Positions 1-9,267 of a stretch of 64,000 bases of DNA are shown here, piece after piece (position 1 is the stretch's first letter; each line of letters opens with the position of its first letter). The stretch lies in assembly GCA_024650005.2 (NCBI GenBank), contig CP122380.1:1376001-1440000 (forward strand), written 5' to 3'. Position numbers and translations under genes: made by a program. Source of the DNA: Candidatus Bathyarchaeum tardum (GTDB taxonomy: Archaea > Thermoproteota > Bathyarchaeia > Bathyarchaeales > Bathyarchaeaceae). The notes beneath the pieces are model-generated. The model was not told where the DNA came from. It made no database searches and saw only the letters and a program-made list of their open reading frames with translations.

Positions 1-1475
1 TATATTCTGAGTTGGTTTGCATATTCACTGTACTTAATTGTGTCATCAATCAGATTATAAAGCAACTGTCGCAGAAGGGAATCAGATAATAAAGTTAAAT
101 CTTCGCATTCATTTACAACTTTTAGACCATTTAATCCATGAAGCATTGTTACTTCTTGAACAAACTTTTTCACATCGATGTATTCGAGTTCTTCTATTCC
201 TAACATTTCATATGTTTTTGCAAAATCAAAAATTTGTTCCACTTTGTCAATTGCTTCTTCAATATTGTTAAGGTGTTCTATAGTTTGGGAATCATCCGCT
301 TTTGTTTTCAATTTAGTTAAGTAAACACTATTTGCGATTACTGCAAGTTTGTTTCTAACGTCATGACGGGTAAATTTGCCGACTACACTCAACTTCTCAT
401 TTGTTATTTTTAATTTGTTTTGAGACTCTTCTAGGTTCGTCAGCATTTTATTTATTTCATCAGCAAGGTTTGTTATTTCGTCATTTTTTCCTTTTACTGA
501 AACCTTTTTTAAGTGTTTTCTTTGTGATTTGCTTATTTCTTTAACGCTACTGTTCAGTTGAGCTAATCGTGATAGTATTGTTTTTTCTAAAAACAGTATA
601 ATTACTATGCTGAATGTTATTCCTGTAAATAGTAAAAGTAAAACAAAGTATGTTATACTTGAATTCCCTTGATTGTAGATATCTCGAGGTAACAGTGCCT
701 CAATTACGAAACATGATTCTCCGTAGATGTCTTCAAATAACGCGTAACCTGCTATGATGTTAGGTGTTAGAGTTTTTAGAATCGTGTTTTGTTCTTCTGA
801 GAAATCTACAAAAGCTTCCTGAAAATTATTTGATGTATCTGAATTAGTGAAATGTTGTAAACTAAGCTTCAACTGTGTCGTCTCGGCTAAACTTTCAAGT
901 TGGATAGAATCAAAGTAGCGCCCCATAATTAAGGATCCAAGAATCGGACCTTCCTCATTACTCTTAACAATTGGGTTCGATGCAATCATCATTGGTCCCT
1001 CAGGAAGTAGCAAAAACCCATTGATTGTACTGTTTGTGCCAAAATGTTGCAGTAACTGCTTGTCAGGTGAAAGGTGTTCTTGAACGCTCTCTGGAATTGA
1101 TAATTCTTTTTCAGTCACCAAATCAAATGCTTTACCATAAACAACATCACCTAACCAGTTAACATATAATATGAGATTAAGTTTTGAACCAGTGAAGGTT
1201 TCATCAACTAAGTTTGATTCAATGTATTGTTCATTTGAATTTTGAATAAACTCATACGTGTCATCCCATGCTGCCCAATCATGAACAAAGACATCAAAGT
1301 TTCTCAAGTCTGCAGATAAAGAGTTGCGTAACCGTTCTAAATCTTGAATTGTATCTTGTTTTTCCAGTTTTGTAAAACTATCCAAAAAAACAATTTGTGA
1401 TGTAGTGTACTGAACCAAAATCAAGGCTGTGAACGTCAAAACTAAAATGATTACAATCTTCTTGCGTAGTCTCAA
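1..1475 (-). CDS. CHASE4-HAMP sensor histidine kinase (3' end runs off the window)
   Basis: Not in the ORF track; translated by hand from TTG at 1475. N-terminal TM (MRLRKKIVIILVLTFTALILV), CHASE4-type DWAAWDDTYEF, second TM, HAMP (DEITNLADEINKML), H-box RHDVRNKL, N-box NLIDDTIKY. Confidence 0.88.
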   Translation of the reverse strand, partial: MRLRKKIVIILVLTFTALILVQYTTSQIVFLDSFTKLEKQDTIQDLERLRNSLSADLRNFDVFVHDWAAWDDTYEFIQNSNEQYIESNLVDETFTGSKLNLILYVNWLGDVVYGKAFDLVTEKELSIPESVQEHLSPDKQLLQHFGTNSTINGFLLLPEGPMMIASNPIVKSNEEGPILGSLIMGRYFDSIQLESLAETTQLKLSLQHFTNSDTSNNFQEAFVDFSEEQNTILKTLTPNIIAGYALFEDIYGESCFVIEALLPRDIYNQGNSSITYFVLLLLFTGITFSIVIILFLEKTILSRLAQLNSSVKEISKSQRKHLKKVSVKGKNDEITNLADEINKMLTNLEESQNKLKITNEKLSVVGKFTRHDVRNKLAVIANSVYLTKLKTKADDSQTIEHLNNIEEAIDKVEQIFDFAKTYEMLGIEELEYIDVKKFVQEVTMLHGLNGLKVVNECEDLTLLSDSLLRQLLYNLIDDTIKYSEYANQLRI

Positions 1476-1723
1476 GATAGAGTCAACACACCCACAATGG
1501 GTTCCCATTTTGTAGTGTGTATGTCTATATTGTTTGTGAATTTAGTGTCTTGATTCAAGTATTTATTGATTTCATAAATATTTTTGTAAAAATGTTATAT
1601 TTAGAAAAAAAGAAAGCAGTTCCAAAAACATTAATTGCTTTTTGCAGATATAACGAGTCAAATGTTCTAACAATTAACCTTGAACGTTTTTGGTGCTCCG
1701 TCAAATGTAGATTTGTATTTGAT

Positions 1724-1957
1724 TTATTGGACTACTTCAACTTTCTTGATTTCAGGCACTCGTTTTTTTATGCAGTTCTCGACGCCCCATTGCATTGTCA
1801 TTGCTGACATTGGGCATCCGTTACATGCACCTTTGAGTTTTACTTTTACGGTTCCCTTTTCTACGTCTACGAGTTCTATGTCTCCGCCGTCTGCTTGCAG
1901 TTGTGGTCTTACTTCTTCAAGACATTGTGCAACTTGTTCTTTGATAGTTTTTGCCAT
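1724..1957 (-). CDS. NifU/NfuA C-terminal domain Fe-S scaffold protein
   Basis: VRPQLQADGGDIELV and GACNGCPMS (CxxC) motifs. Confidence 0.92.
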   Translation of the reverse strand: MAKTIKEQVAQCLEEVRPQLQADGGDIELVDVEKGTVKVKLKGACNGCPMSAMTMQWGVENCIKKRVPEIKKVEVVQ

Positions 1958-2007
1958 AAAATATCCCCTAACAAAATAATTGTGTGGGGCGATAATAAGT
2001 TATCTGT

Positions 2008-3270
2008 TTATAGGCGCTTTAATGCCAATCTGTATGCTATTGTTCCTATTGCAAACAATATTATTCCGGAAACAGTTAGGTACAGCAATTCTGGAAAAAT
2101 TACGTCGACACCAAGATTTCTTGTCATTATGGCTTTCATTGCATCAACCATTTTTGTAAAGGGTAGTGCTTGACCGAATGTTTGTGCGGCAGGGGGCATC
2201 ATTTCTAAGGGGAAGAACGCTCCAATGAAGAACTGTAATGGAACACTAATTATTACTGCAATTGAGTTTGCTGCCTCTTCATTTTTAGCAACAGAGGAAA
2301 TGATAAGACCAATACCTATGGCAGAAAGGGAACCCAAAAACATTGCCAAGATGATTACTGGAATGTTCCAGTAAAGATTAACCTGAAACAGTAGAACTCC
2401 ACTGGCGAGCATAATAAATCCAGACATGTAAACTAAAGCCAAGTTTGAGATTAATTTTCCAATCAAAACAACTGATGGCGACACAGGAGCGATAATCATT
2501 CTTTGGAATGTTCCTTTGGTGCGTTCAGTTGCAATGGTCATTGAAGCATGATTTAGTCCACTCCATAAAAGGACAAGACCCAGTGTTCCTGGAACCATGA
2601 AGTCGATCCATTGTAGATTATTTTCAGTGACTTCTGCGTTACTTGTTGTAACAATGATGGGGTCTGTAAGAACTTCAACAACCCCTTGCATCTCAACTGG
2701 AATGTACTCAATTATAATTTCTTGATAATGTTTAACAAACCCAGATATAAACCCGAGAATACTTTGTTGACGTATCATAGATGCCGTTGTATCAGTAGGA
2801 TCAACAAAAATTTCCAGATTAGCCTTTGTTGGAATTAGCATTCCAGTTTCATTAACGTAATGAAAAGCCAAGGTTTCAGTGAAATTAGCAGGAATCACCA
2901 AAATGACACCCAAATTTCCTCTGCTTATTTCATATGCAGCTGTCCCGTTAGAGTCTCTGTCCCCGTATTCATCAAAAGTACGAACAGAAAAGTTTGCTGT
3001 TTCAAGGGCTTCAATAAATGTGTCACCAATTGTGCCGTTAATGGAGGTTTTTCCGTTTATTTCAATTGATTCATTATCAAGGTTAACAACACCAACAACA
3101 ATGCTGCTTGTGGAGCTTGTTCCAGTTTGTCCAAAGGTAAAACCAATAATTAATATAAAGAATAATGGGAAAAGTAACGTGAAAAATATTGCAGTTTTGT
3201 TTCTGAGAACTCCTAGAAAATCAGTTTTTGCAACTGCCGCCACTTGATTTATTGTTCTTTTAAGTTTCAT
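2008..3270 (-). CDS. ABC-2 type exporter permease
   Basis: N-terminal TM, large extracytoplasmic loop, ERTKGTFQRMIIAP motif, C-terminal TM bundle; follows an ABC ATPase. Confidence 0.9.
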   Translation of the reverse strand: MKLKRTINQVAAVAKTDFLGVLRNKTAIFFTLLFPLFFILIIGFTFGQTGTSSTSSIVVGVVNLDNESIEINGKTSINGTIGDTFIEALETANFSVRTFDEYGDRDSNGTAAYEISRGNLGVILVIPANFTETLAFHYVNETGMLIPTKANLEIFVDPTDTTASMIRQQSILGFISGFVKHYQEIIIEYIPVEMQGVVEVLTDPIIVTTSNAEVTENNLQWIDFMVPGTLGLVLLWSGLNHASMTIATERTKGTFQRMIIAPVSPSVVLIGKLISNLALVYMSGFIMLASGVLLFQVNLYWNIPVIILAMFLGSLSAIGIGLIISSVAKNEEAANSIAVIISVPLQFFIGAFFPLEMMPPAAQTFGQALPFTKMVDAMKAIMTRNLGVDVIFPELLYLTVSGIILFAIGTIAYRLALKRL

Positions 3271-3275
3271 TTTGT

Positions 3276-4232
3276 TTACTCCCTTAGAGTCCTTCCTGTG
3301 AGTGCAATGAACACGTCTTCAAGGGTTACGCGTGATAACTGAACTGACATGACTTTTGCCCCATCTTTTACAATAGTTGACACTATTTCGGGAAGTATGT
3401 CATCAGGGCAGTCGGTAATAACTTTCAATGTTTCCTTTTTTTCAGTTTCATCATATGCATTATAAGCGTTTTGTACTCCCGAAATTAGTTTAACATGCTC
3501 AATTAGTTTAGACTCAATCTTGTCTGGAACAATAGTTATTGTGTTCTCCATTTTAATTTCTTTAACTAACTGGTTTGGGCTACCCAAAGCAATAATTTTA
3601 CCGTGGTCCATGATTGCAACGCGGGTGCATAATTCTTCGGCTTCTTCCATCATGTGAGTAGTTAACACAATGGTTTTCCCTTGGCTCTTCAAAGATTCAA
3701 TAATTTCCCAAAGAGCAAGCTTGTTTTGTGGATCAAGTCCCGCTGTTGGTTCGTCTAACAATATTACTTCAGGCTCATGCAACAAGGCTGCAGCAATGTT
3801 TACTCGACGTTTCATTCCTCCGGAATACGTGGAAACATGACGTTTTACTGCTTTTTCTTCTAGCTGCGTAAACTTTAGCAGTTCCTGTATCCTTGTTTTG
3901 AGTTTTGTCCCCGATAATCCGTAAAGTCTTCCATAAAATGAAAGGTTCTCTTTTGCATTAAGGTAATCATACAACACAATCTCTTGAGGAACTACACCGA
4001 GATTTTCTTTGACTTTAATTGGATGTTTTTGAATATCGTAATCTCCGACTTTAATAGTTCCTGACGTGGGATTTATCATTCCTGAAATCATTTTTGTAAG
4101 CGTGGATTTACCTGCTCCGTTGGGACCAAGAAGACCAAATAATTCTCCTTTAGTAACATTGAGGGAAATGTTATCAACTGCTAGTGTATCTTCAAAACGT
4201 TTAGTTATTGCGTTTATTTCAATGCCGTTCAA
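3276..4232 (-). CDS. ABC exporter ATP-binding protein (DrrA-like)
   Basis: Walker A GPNGAGKS, signature YSGGM, Walker B ILLDEPT, H-loop LTTH. Confidence 0.95.
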   Translation of the reverse strand: MNGIEINAITKRFEDTLAVDNISLNVTKGELFGLLGPNGAGKSTLTKMISGMINPTSGTIKVGDYDIQKHPIKVKENLGVVPQEIVLYDYLNAKENLSFYGRLYGLSGTKLKTRIQELLKFTQLEEKAVKRHVSTYSGGMKRRVNIAAALLHEPEVILLDEPTAGLDPQNKLALWEIIESLKSQGKTIVLTTHMMEEAEELCTRVAIMDHGKIIALGSPNQLVKEIKMENTITIVPDKIESKLIEHVKLISGVQNAYNAYDETEKKETLKVITDCPDDILPEIVSTIVKDGAKVMSVQLSRVTLEDVFIALTGRTLRE

Positions 4233-4657
4233 TTGTTATATCCCTCTACGTCTTTGAATTTTTGTGAATCCTGTTCAGTCATATCATATCCAATGCAACC
4301 AAACAGGGTATTTGTGAATTGTATTAATTTGCTATTAATGTTTTTGTTTATATTCAAAAATTGAAGTTTTTCAAGGTGCAATTATGAATAAACTATCCTC
4401 CATAAAAAACAGTTTGTGTCTAATAGTTAATAGGTTAGTTTGAATTTAATTTTGACATAGTCAAAATACATAATAAAAGAGCTGTTTTTAAAAACAATAT
4501 TTTTTCCTTAATTGTAATCGCAACGTAACAAGTCTGTTTTAAGAAAACATATCTTTAATTAAAATTTTATTAAAAATAAAACCACAAATTTTATTTCCTG
4601 CATTGCCATGCGTAGCTTTTGCGCTCTATGAGCGAATAATTGTGTCGGGGATTGAAT

Positions 4658-5071
4658 ATGAAAACAGAGATGATGATGAAAAAATTAGATACTGTAACAG
4701 AAGAACAATACGTATTGGCCAACGCGTGGGGACTTTCTACTGCAATTGACTTACATTATTGTGATCCAGAATTACTAACCAATCCAGAGGCAATTAGGGA
4801 TTATACTGCCAAAATCTGTAAACTCATTGATGCTAAACCTTGGGGACCGTGTCATCTCAACAACTTTGGGACAAACCCAGATGTCTTTGGTTATTCCATG
4901 GCCCAACTTGTTGAAACATCACTTGTGTCAGGTCATTTTGCAAACAAAACAAACCGAATTTTTCTTGACATTTTCAGTTGTAAATACTATGACCCATTAA
5001 AAGCAGTACAGTTTTCAAAAGAATACTTCAAAGCAAAAGATGTCAGCTACAAATGCTTATTAAGAAAATAA
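4658..5071 (+). CDS. S-adenosylmethionine decarboxylase family (pyruvoyl-dependent) proenzyme
   Basis: IDLHYCD, GYSMAQLVETSLVSGH and LDIFSCK motifs of the class 1b AdoMetDC fold; ATG 4658 preferred as start. Confidence 0.8.
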   Translation: MKTEMMMKKLDTVTEEQYVLANAWGLSTAIDLHYCDPELLTNPEAIRDYTAKICKLIDAKPWGPCHLNNFGTNPDVFGYSMAQLVETSLVSGHFANKTNRIFLDIFSCKYYDPLKAVQFSKEYFKAKDVSYKCLLRK

Positions 5072-5163
5072 AAACAAGTTAATTTTTCGATATCCCAGGT
5101 TTTCAGGAAAAGCTGATTACCGAATAAATTAATAATCTGGATTACTGTTATTGTTCTTGGAAA

Positions 5164-5721
5164 GTGGAAATAATGAGTGAAGGCAAAATCCGGGGTAAAA
5201 TTTTAGTTGATTTATGGGCTGCAGAAAATCCATTGACCTTGCAAATAATTTCAGAAAAAGCAGGATTAAGTCCCTCTTCCACAATGGGTTACTTGTTGGG
5301 TCTCATAAAAGCAGAATACGTTTGTGTTCCCGAAAAACACCAATATACAATAACAATCTTAGGTAAACAAGCCCTAGGATTACCAAAAACTGACAAAGCA
5401 CTAGCTGAAAAAATTCTGTGTTCAGTGACCAAGGAAAACGCTTTTCATTTTTACAATGGCGTTGACAAGCCCTTAAATGTTAGCGCATTCAGCCTTAAAG
5501 ACTTCCTTGATAAAATTCAAACAATAGATATCCAATCAATCGAATTCCACATGAACAGCAAAGACTTTGAATGTTGGATAAACAGCACCTTATGTGATGT
5601 TGAATTATCCAAAAAAGTTGCACTGTTACGCGGGACAAACGTGTCAGGAGAGGAGCTCCGAAACAAACTTTATCAAACCGTTAAATCCAGATATAATGAA
5701 TTAGTTAATCTGGAAGCCTAA
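5164..5721 (+). CDS. winged-helix + DUF5752-like domain protein
   Basis: N-terminal wHTH (LQIISEKAGLSPSSTMGYL...YTITILG); C-terminal AFHFY...SLKDF...SIEFH...DFECWI pattern. Confidence 0.65.
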   Translation: MEIMSEGKIRGKILVDLWAAENPLTLQIISEKAGLSPSSTMGYLLGLIKAEYVCVPEKHQYTITILGKQALGLPKTDKALAEKILCSVTKENAFHFYNGVDKPLNVSAFSLKDFLDKIQTIDIQSIEFHMNSKDFECWINSTLCDVELSKKVALLRGTNVSGEELRNKLYQTVKSRYNELVNLEA

Positions 5722-5747
5722 AAACCAAAACACAAATTTTAGACTAA

Positions 5748-6626
5748 ATGATTTCCTTAACCGAGGAAAAAGTAATGGAAATCATTTTTTCTGAAAAGTG
5801 TTTTGAATACAATTGGCCAGGGCACATAGAACGACCAGAGCGCATGAGCGAAGGTCTAGGAATATTACAAGAAAACTATGATTTTTTGGAACCCACAACA
5901 GCTTCAGAAAAAGACCTCTTAACTATTCACGCTAATGAGCATGTGAACCGTGTTAAAAATGCTGTATCATGGTCCCCCCTAGATGCAGACACCCCTGCAC
6001 CTGAAGGAATTTACAGTCATGCATTGTTGTCAGCAGGTGCCACATTGTTAGCTGCAGAAAAAAAGGCTTTTTCATATATGCGCCCTCCAGGGCACCATGC
6101 TGGAATAAATGGTCCTGCATTGGGTGCGGGAACTTTAGGTTTTTGTTACTTTAATAACATTGCATTAGCAGTAAAAAAGTTAGGTCTGCAGACTTTAATT
6201 TTGGATATTGATGGACACCACGGAAACGGGACGCAAGAAATTTTTCAAGACGATCCAAAAGTTACTTTTGTTTCTTTGCATCGGCACCCCGCATTTCCTT
6301 ATACTGGTTTTGTTTCAAAAAACAACTGTTTGAATTTTCCTTTACCTTACTCTACAGGGGATGCTTTGTACATAAAAACCCTTAGAAAAGCTTTGAATGA
6401 AATTAAAATGGGCAATATCGACTTGATTGCCCTTTCCGCGGGTTTTGACACTCATGAAGGCGATATTGTTTCTTTGGGTTTAACTAGCAGCAGATACCGA
6501 GAAATTGGACGAATAATTGGTGGTTTAAACAAGCCAATTTTTGGTACCTTAGAAGGCGGTTACATAGGAAAATACGTAGGTGTCGACGTTCACGAATTAA
6601 TTTCAGGCATTGAAGAAGTTCAGTAA
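5748..6626 (+). CDS. histone deacetylase / AcuC / acetylpolyamine amidohydrolase family Zn hydrolase
   Basis: HIERPER, RPPGHHA, GFCYFNN, DIDGHHGNG, GFD and LEGGY motifs. Confidence 0.92.
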   Translation: MISLTEEKVMEIIFSEKCFEYNWPGHIERPERMSEGLGILQENYDFLEPTTASEKDLLTIHANEHVNRVKNAVSWSPLDADTPAPEGIYSHALLSAGATLLAAEKKAFSYMRPPGHHAGINGPALGAGTLGFCYFNNIALAVKKLGLQTLILDIDGHHGNGTQEIFQDDPKVTFVSLHRHPAFPYTGFVSKNNCLNFPLPYSTGDALYIKTLRKALNEIKMGNIDLIALSAGFDTHEGDIVSLGLTSSRYREIGRIIGGLNKPIFGTLEGGYIGKYVGVDVHELISGIEEVQ

Positions 6627-6714
6627 ACAATCTTTATACACAATGGGGTAAGATTGTTTTCAAAACAAAAATAAGTTGGTTATGGGTTTTTTGTTTAACC
6701 CAATAACCTATTGT

Positions 6715-7572
6715 TTAATTTTTTGGTCTAGCATACCATAGAACTTGTATTGGATAGATTTTGCTTGTTGCTGGCATGTAATTGTCTGTTCCGATAAATC
6801 GTGCGTAGACTTGTACTTTGTCATCCCAGAAATCTTTCTGTTTTGCTATCCAGTCGATTGAAAATGTTCCATCTGGATTTGTTTCCCCTGAAGCCAGAAA
6901 ATCGTCTCGTAGGAAAGAACGGTCATGCTCAAAAATGTGTATTGTAACACAGCCTATGCCTTCACATGAACCCGCCATGTTTAGTTTTCCGGTTAATGTT
7001 ACTTTTGTTCCTGATTCAACTTTTGTTGGTGGAGCATCTAAAGTGATAAAAGTATCATTTAATCCTGGCGCAGGTTCTTTGCAAACTTCTTTAGGTTCGT
7101 ATGGCATATACGTAATTGATTCTGTAGTTACATTGGCGTTACAACTTTTCATTACTGCTTCAGCAAGTTGTCTGTCTTTTGTTTGTTGGTCAACTGTTAA
7201 ATCCTCGATTTCGGCATCACAACTGTTTTGTACTGCTTCAATTCCTTGCATTGCCCCTTGTTTTGTTTCGTATCCTTGGCTTGCTGCAATAATTTCCCCA
7301 TTTGACGCTTTCAAGTTGAACCTAAATTCGTGAGCAGTGTCAATAAAAACTTCATATTTTGGATTGTTTATTTTTTCCATACCTGTTGTCTGGTCTTCCA
7401 CGTGCGAACCACAGTTAGCTTGAACCGATTTTACTCCGTTTATGCATGCTGCTTTGCTTTCGTAGGCTTCACTTACTGCAATGATTTTATTGTTAGGCGC
7501 TCGAAGCCTAAACCGAAATTTTCCTGCTACATCTTGATAGATTTGATATTTTGCTTTCAAAAAAATCACCAT
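6715..7572 (-). CDS. YegP/DUF1508 tandem-repeat protein with C-terminal Ig-like beta domain
   Basis: Two repeats, FRFRLRAPNNKIIAVSEAYESK and FRFNLKASNGEIIAASQGYETK; beta-rich C-terminus (VTLTGKL, TNPDGTFSIDW). Confidence 0.8.
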   Translation of the reverse strand: MVIFLKAKYQIYQDVAGKFRFRLRAPNNKIIAVSEAYESKAACINGVKSVQANCGSHVEDQTTGMEKINNPKYEVFIDTAHEFRFNLKASNGEIIAASQGYETKQGAMQGIEAVQNSCDAEIEDLTVDQQTKDRQLAEAVMKSCNANVTTESITYMPYEPKEVCKEPAPGLNDTFITLDAPPTKVESGTKVTLTGKLNMAGSCEGIGCVTIHIFEHDRSFLRDDFLASGETNPDGTFSIDWIAKQKDFWDDKVQVYARFIGTDNYMPATSKIYPIQVLWYARPKN

Positions 7573-7610
7573 ATAAAATAATATGTTGAATACGGTTAAA
7601 GATTGCTACT

Positions 7611-7640
7611 AAAAACGTGTAAAATATGTTACACGGTTTT
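7611..7640. promoter_or_regulatory. inverted repeat, candidate operator between divergent genes
   Basis: AAAAACGTGTAA-N6-TTACACGGTTTT: 12-bp arms with one mismatch. Confidence 0.45.
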
Positions 7641-7778
7641 AGAAATATTGCCAAAAATATTAATGTCCACATTTTCTGATGCTTAACTATAAATCGTTTT
7701 TTAGCACGTGTTTGATGAGCAAAACTAAATTTAAAAATAGCTTTAAAGCACCTCCGAAATAATTATTATAGGATTTTA

Positions 7779-8480
7779 ATGATATTCAAAACTAAAATTA
7801 CTGATATTATTCAAAGAACCCATGACGTGAAAAGTTACCGTTTTTCCAAACCAGATTCTTTTGAATATACTGCAGGTCAATATTTGATTATATCTTTGCC
7901 CAACGGAAAAGGCGGTTCGTTGAGAAAGCCTCTTACCCTTTCTAGCAGCCCCACAGAGGATTTTATTGAAGTAACAAAAAAATTAACTGATGGTCATGAA
8001 TTTTCTGAAGCTTTCAAACATCTCGATGTAGGAGATGAAGTGCAATTAGATGCCCCCTATGGACAATTTGTCCTTGACGAGAAACAAAATAAAATTGCAA
8101 TGCTTTCAGGAGGGATTGGAATTACGCCTTTTAGAAGCATATGTAGGTACGCCACTGATTTGAAATTAAAAACAGATATTTTTCTTTTTTATGGGAACAA
8201 AACGTCAAAGGATATAGTCTTTAAACAAGAATTTGACCAAATGAAAGACGAAAATCAACAATTCAAAATTGTGTATACCTTAACGCGACAAGACCCCAAT
8301 TGGACTGGACAAACTGGACACATTGATGCTAATCTAATAAAAAACGAATTACCTGACTACTCCCAAAGAATGTTTTACCTTTGTGGACCCCCTGGAATGA
8401 TGAAAGCAATGCAAGACTTCCTTCAAGAGTTGGGCGTAACAAAACAAAAAATAAGTGTAGAAAAATTTCCAACAAATTAA
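7779..8480 (+). CDS. FAD/NAD(P)-binding ferredoxin reductase-like oxidoreductase
   Basis: RKPLTLSS (FAD-binding), GGIGITPFRS, FYLCGPPGM. Confidence 0.9.
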   Translation: MIFKTKITDIIQRTHDVKSYRFSKPDSFEYTAGQYLIISLPNGKGGSLRKPLTLSSSPTEDFIEVTKKLTDGHEFSEAFKHLDVGDEVQLDAPYGQFVLDEKQNKIAMLSGGIGITPFRSICRYATDLKLKTDIFLFYGNKTSKDIVFKQEFDQMKDENQQFKIVYTLTRQDPNWTGQTGHIDANLIKNELPDYSQRMFYLCGPPGMMKAMQDFLQELGVTKQKISVEKFPTN

Positions 8481-8723
8481 CAGCAAAAACACATTTCATT
8501 TTACCTTGAAAATTGTTAGTATCTTTGTTAGTGAATGATAAAGAACTGAAAACAGCGCTAAAACAAATATTGCTCCCAAAATAAAATAAATGGTAATTTT
8601 CGCCAAAAAAGCTATAAATGCAAGTTTTAACAATCAATTCACAAGTCTTCTCTATTTATCGAGTGAGGATGAGTTAATAAACCAAAAAAAGCATGAAAAA
8701 TTTGAAAGTTGAGCTGAAAATGT

Positions 8724-9179
8724 ATGATAAATAAGGAAATTGTCGCAGCACTGAGGGAAAATCTTGGTGAAAAGCACATTCTTAAAATAACCGCTCCGAG
8801 ATCTCGACGAATTTTTGTTTTTGCTAAAAGAAATTGTTTCAAAGAGGTGATTCTTTTTTTGAATAGCATTGGATTCACGCATCTTTCTACCATAACAGGT
8901 TGCCAAAACAGTGAAGGTTCAATTGAAATTCTATATCATTTCGAAAATCAAGGCACATTGGTCACTGTAAGAGTTTCTCTGCCTATTAATGTGGGGTCAC
9001 TTTCAACAATTACTGATATTGTACCTGGATCAGTGCTCTATGAACGCGAAATTCATGACTTGTTTGGAATAAAGTTTGAAGGTCATCCCGATTTAAGCCG
9101 CCTAATCTTGCCTGATGAATGGCCAAACGAAAGTTATCCCTTGAATAAGAACACAAGCAGTTTAACTACCCAAAAATAA
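8724..9179 (+). CDS. group 4 hydrogenase NuoC/EchD-like subunit
   Basis: YEREIHDLFGIKFEGHPDLSRLILPDEWP motif. Confidence 0.9.
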   Translation: MINKEIVAALRENLGEKHILKITAPRSRRIFVFAKRNCFKEVILFLNSIGFTHLSTITGCQNSEGSIEILYHFENQGTLVTVRVSLPINVGSLSTITDIVPGSVLYEREIHDLFGIKFEGHPDLSRLILPDEWPNESYPLNKNTSSLTTQK

Positions 9180-9267
9180 CTGGCGTAAAAGAGGGCGAAT
9201 GATGTTAGAAGAAAACAATTTTTTATTATTCATCGAAAATCAACTAGATGAAAAGTAGGAAACATCC

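Noticed and set aside
38-1979. Plus-strand ORFs 38-271, 1517-1807 and 1680-1979
   Set aside because: They are largely antisense to the histidine kinase and NifU genes and carry no motifs
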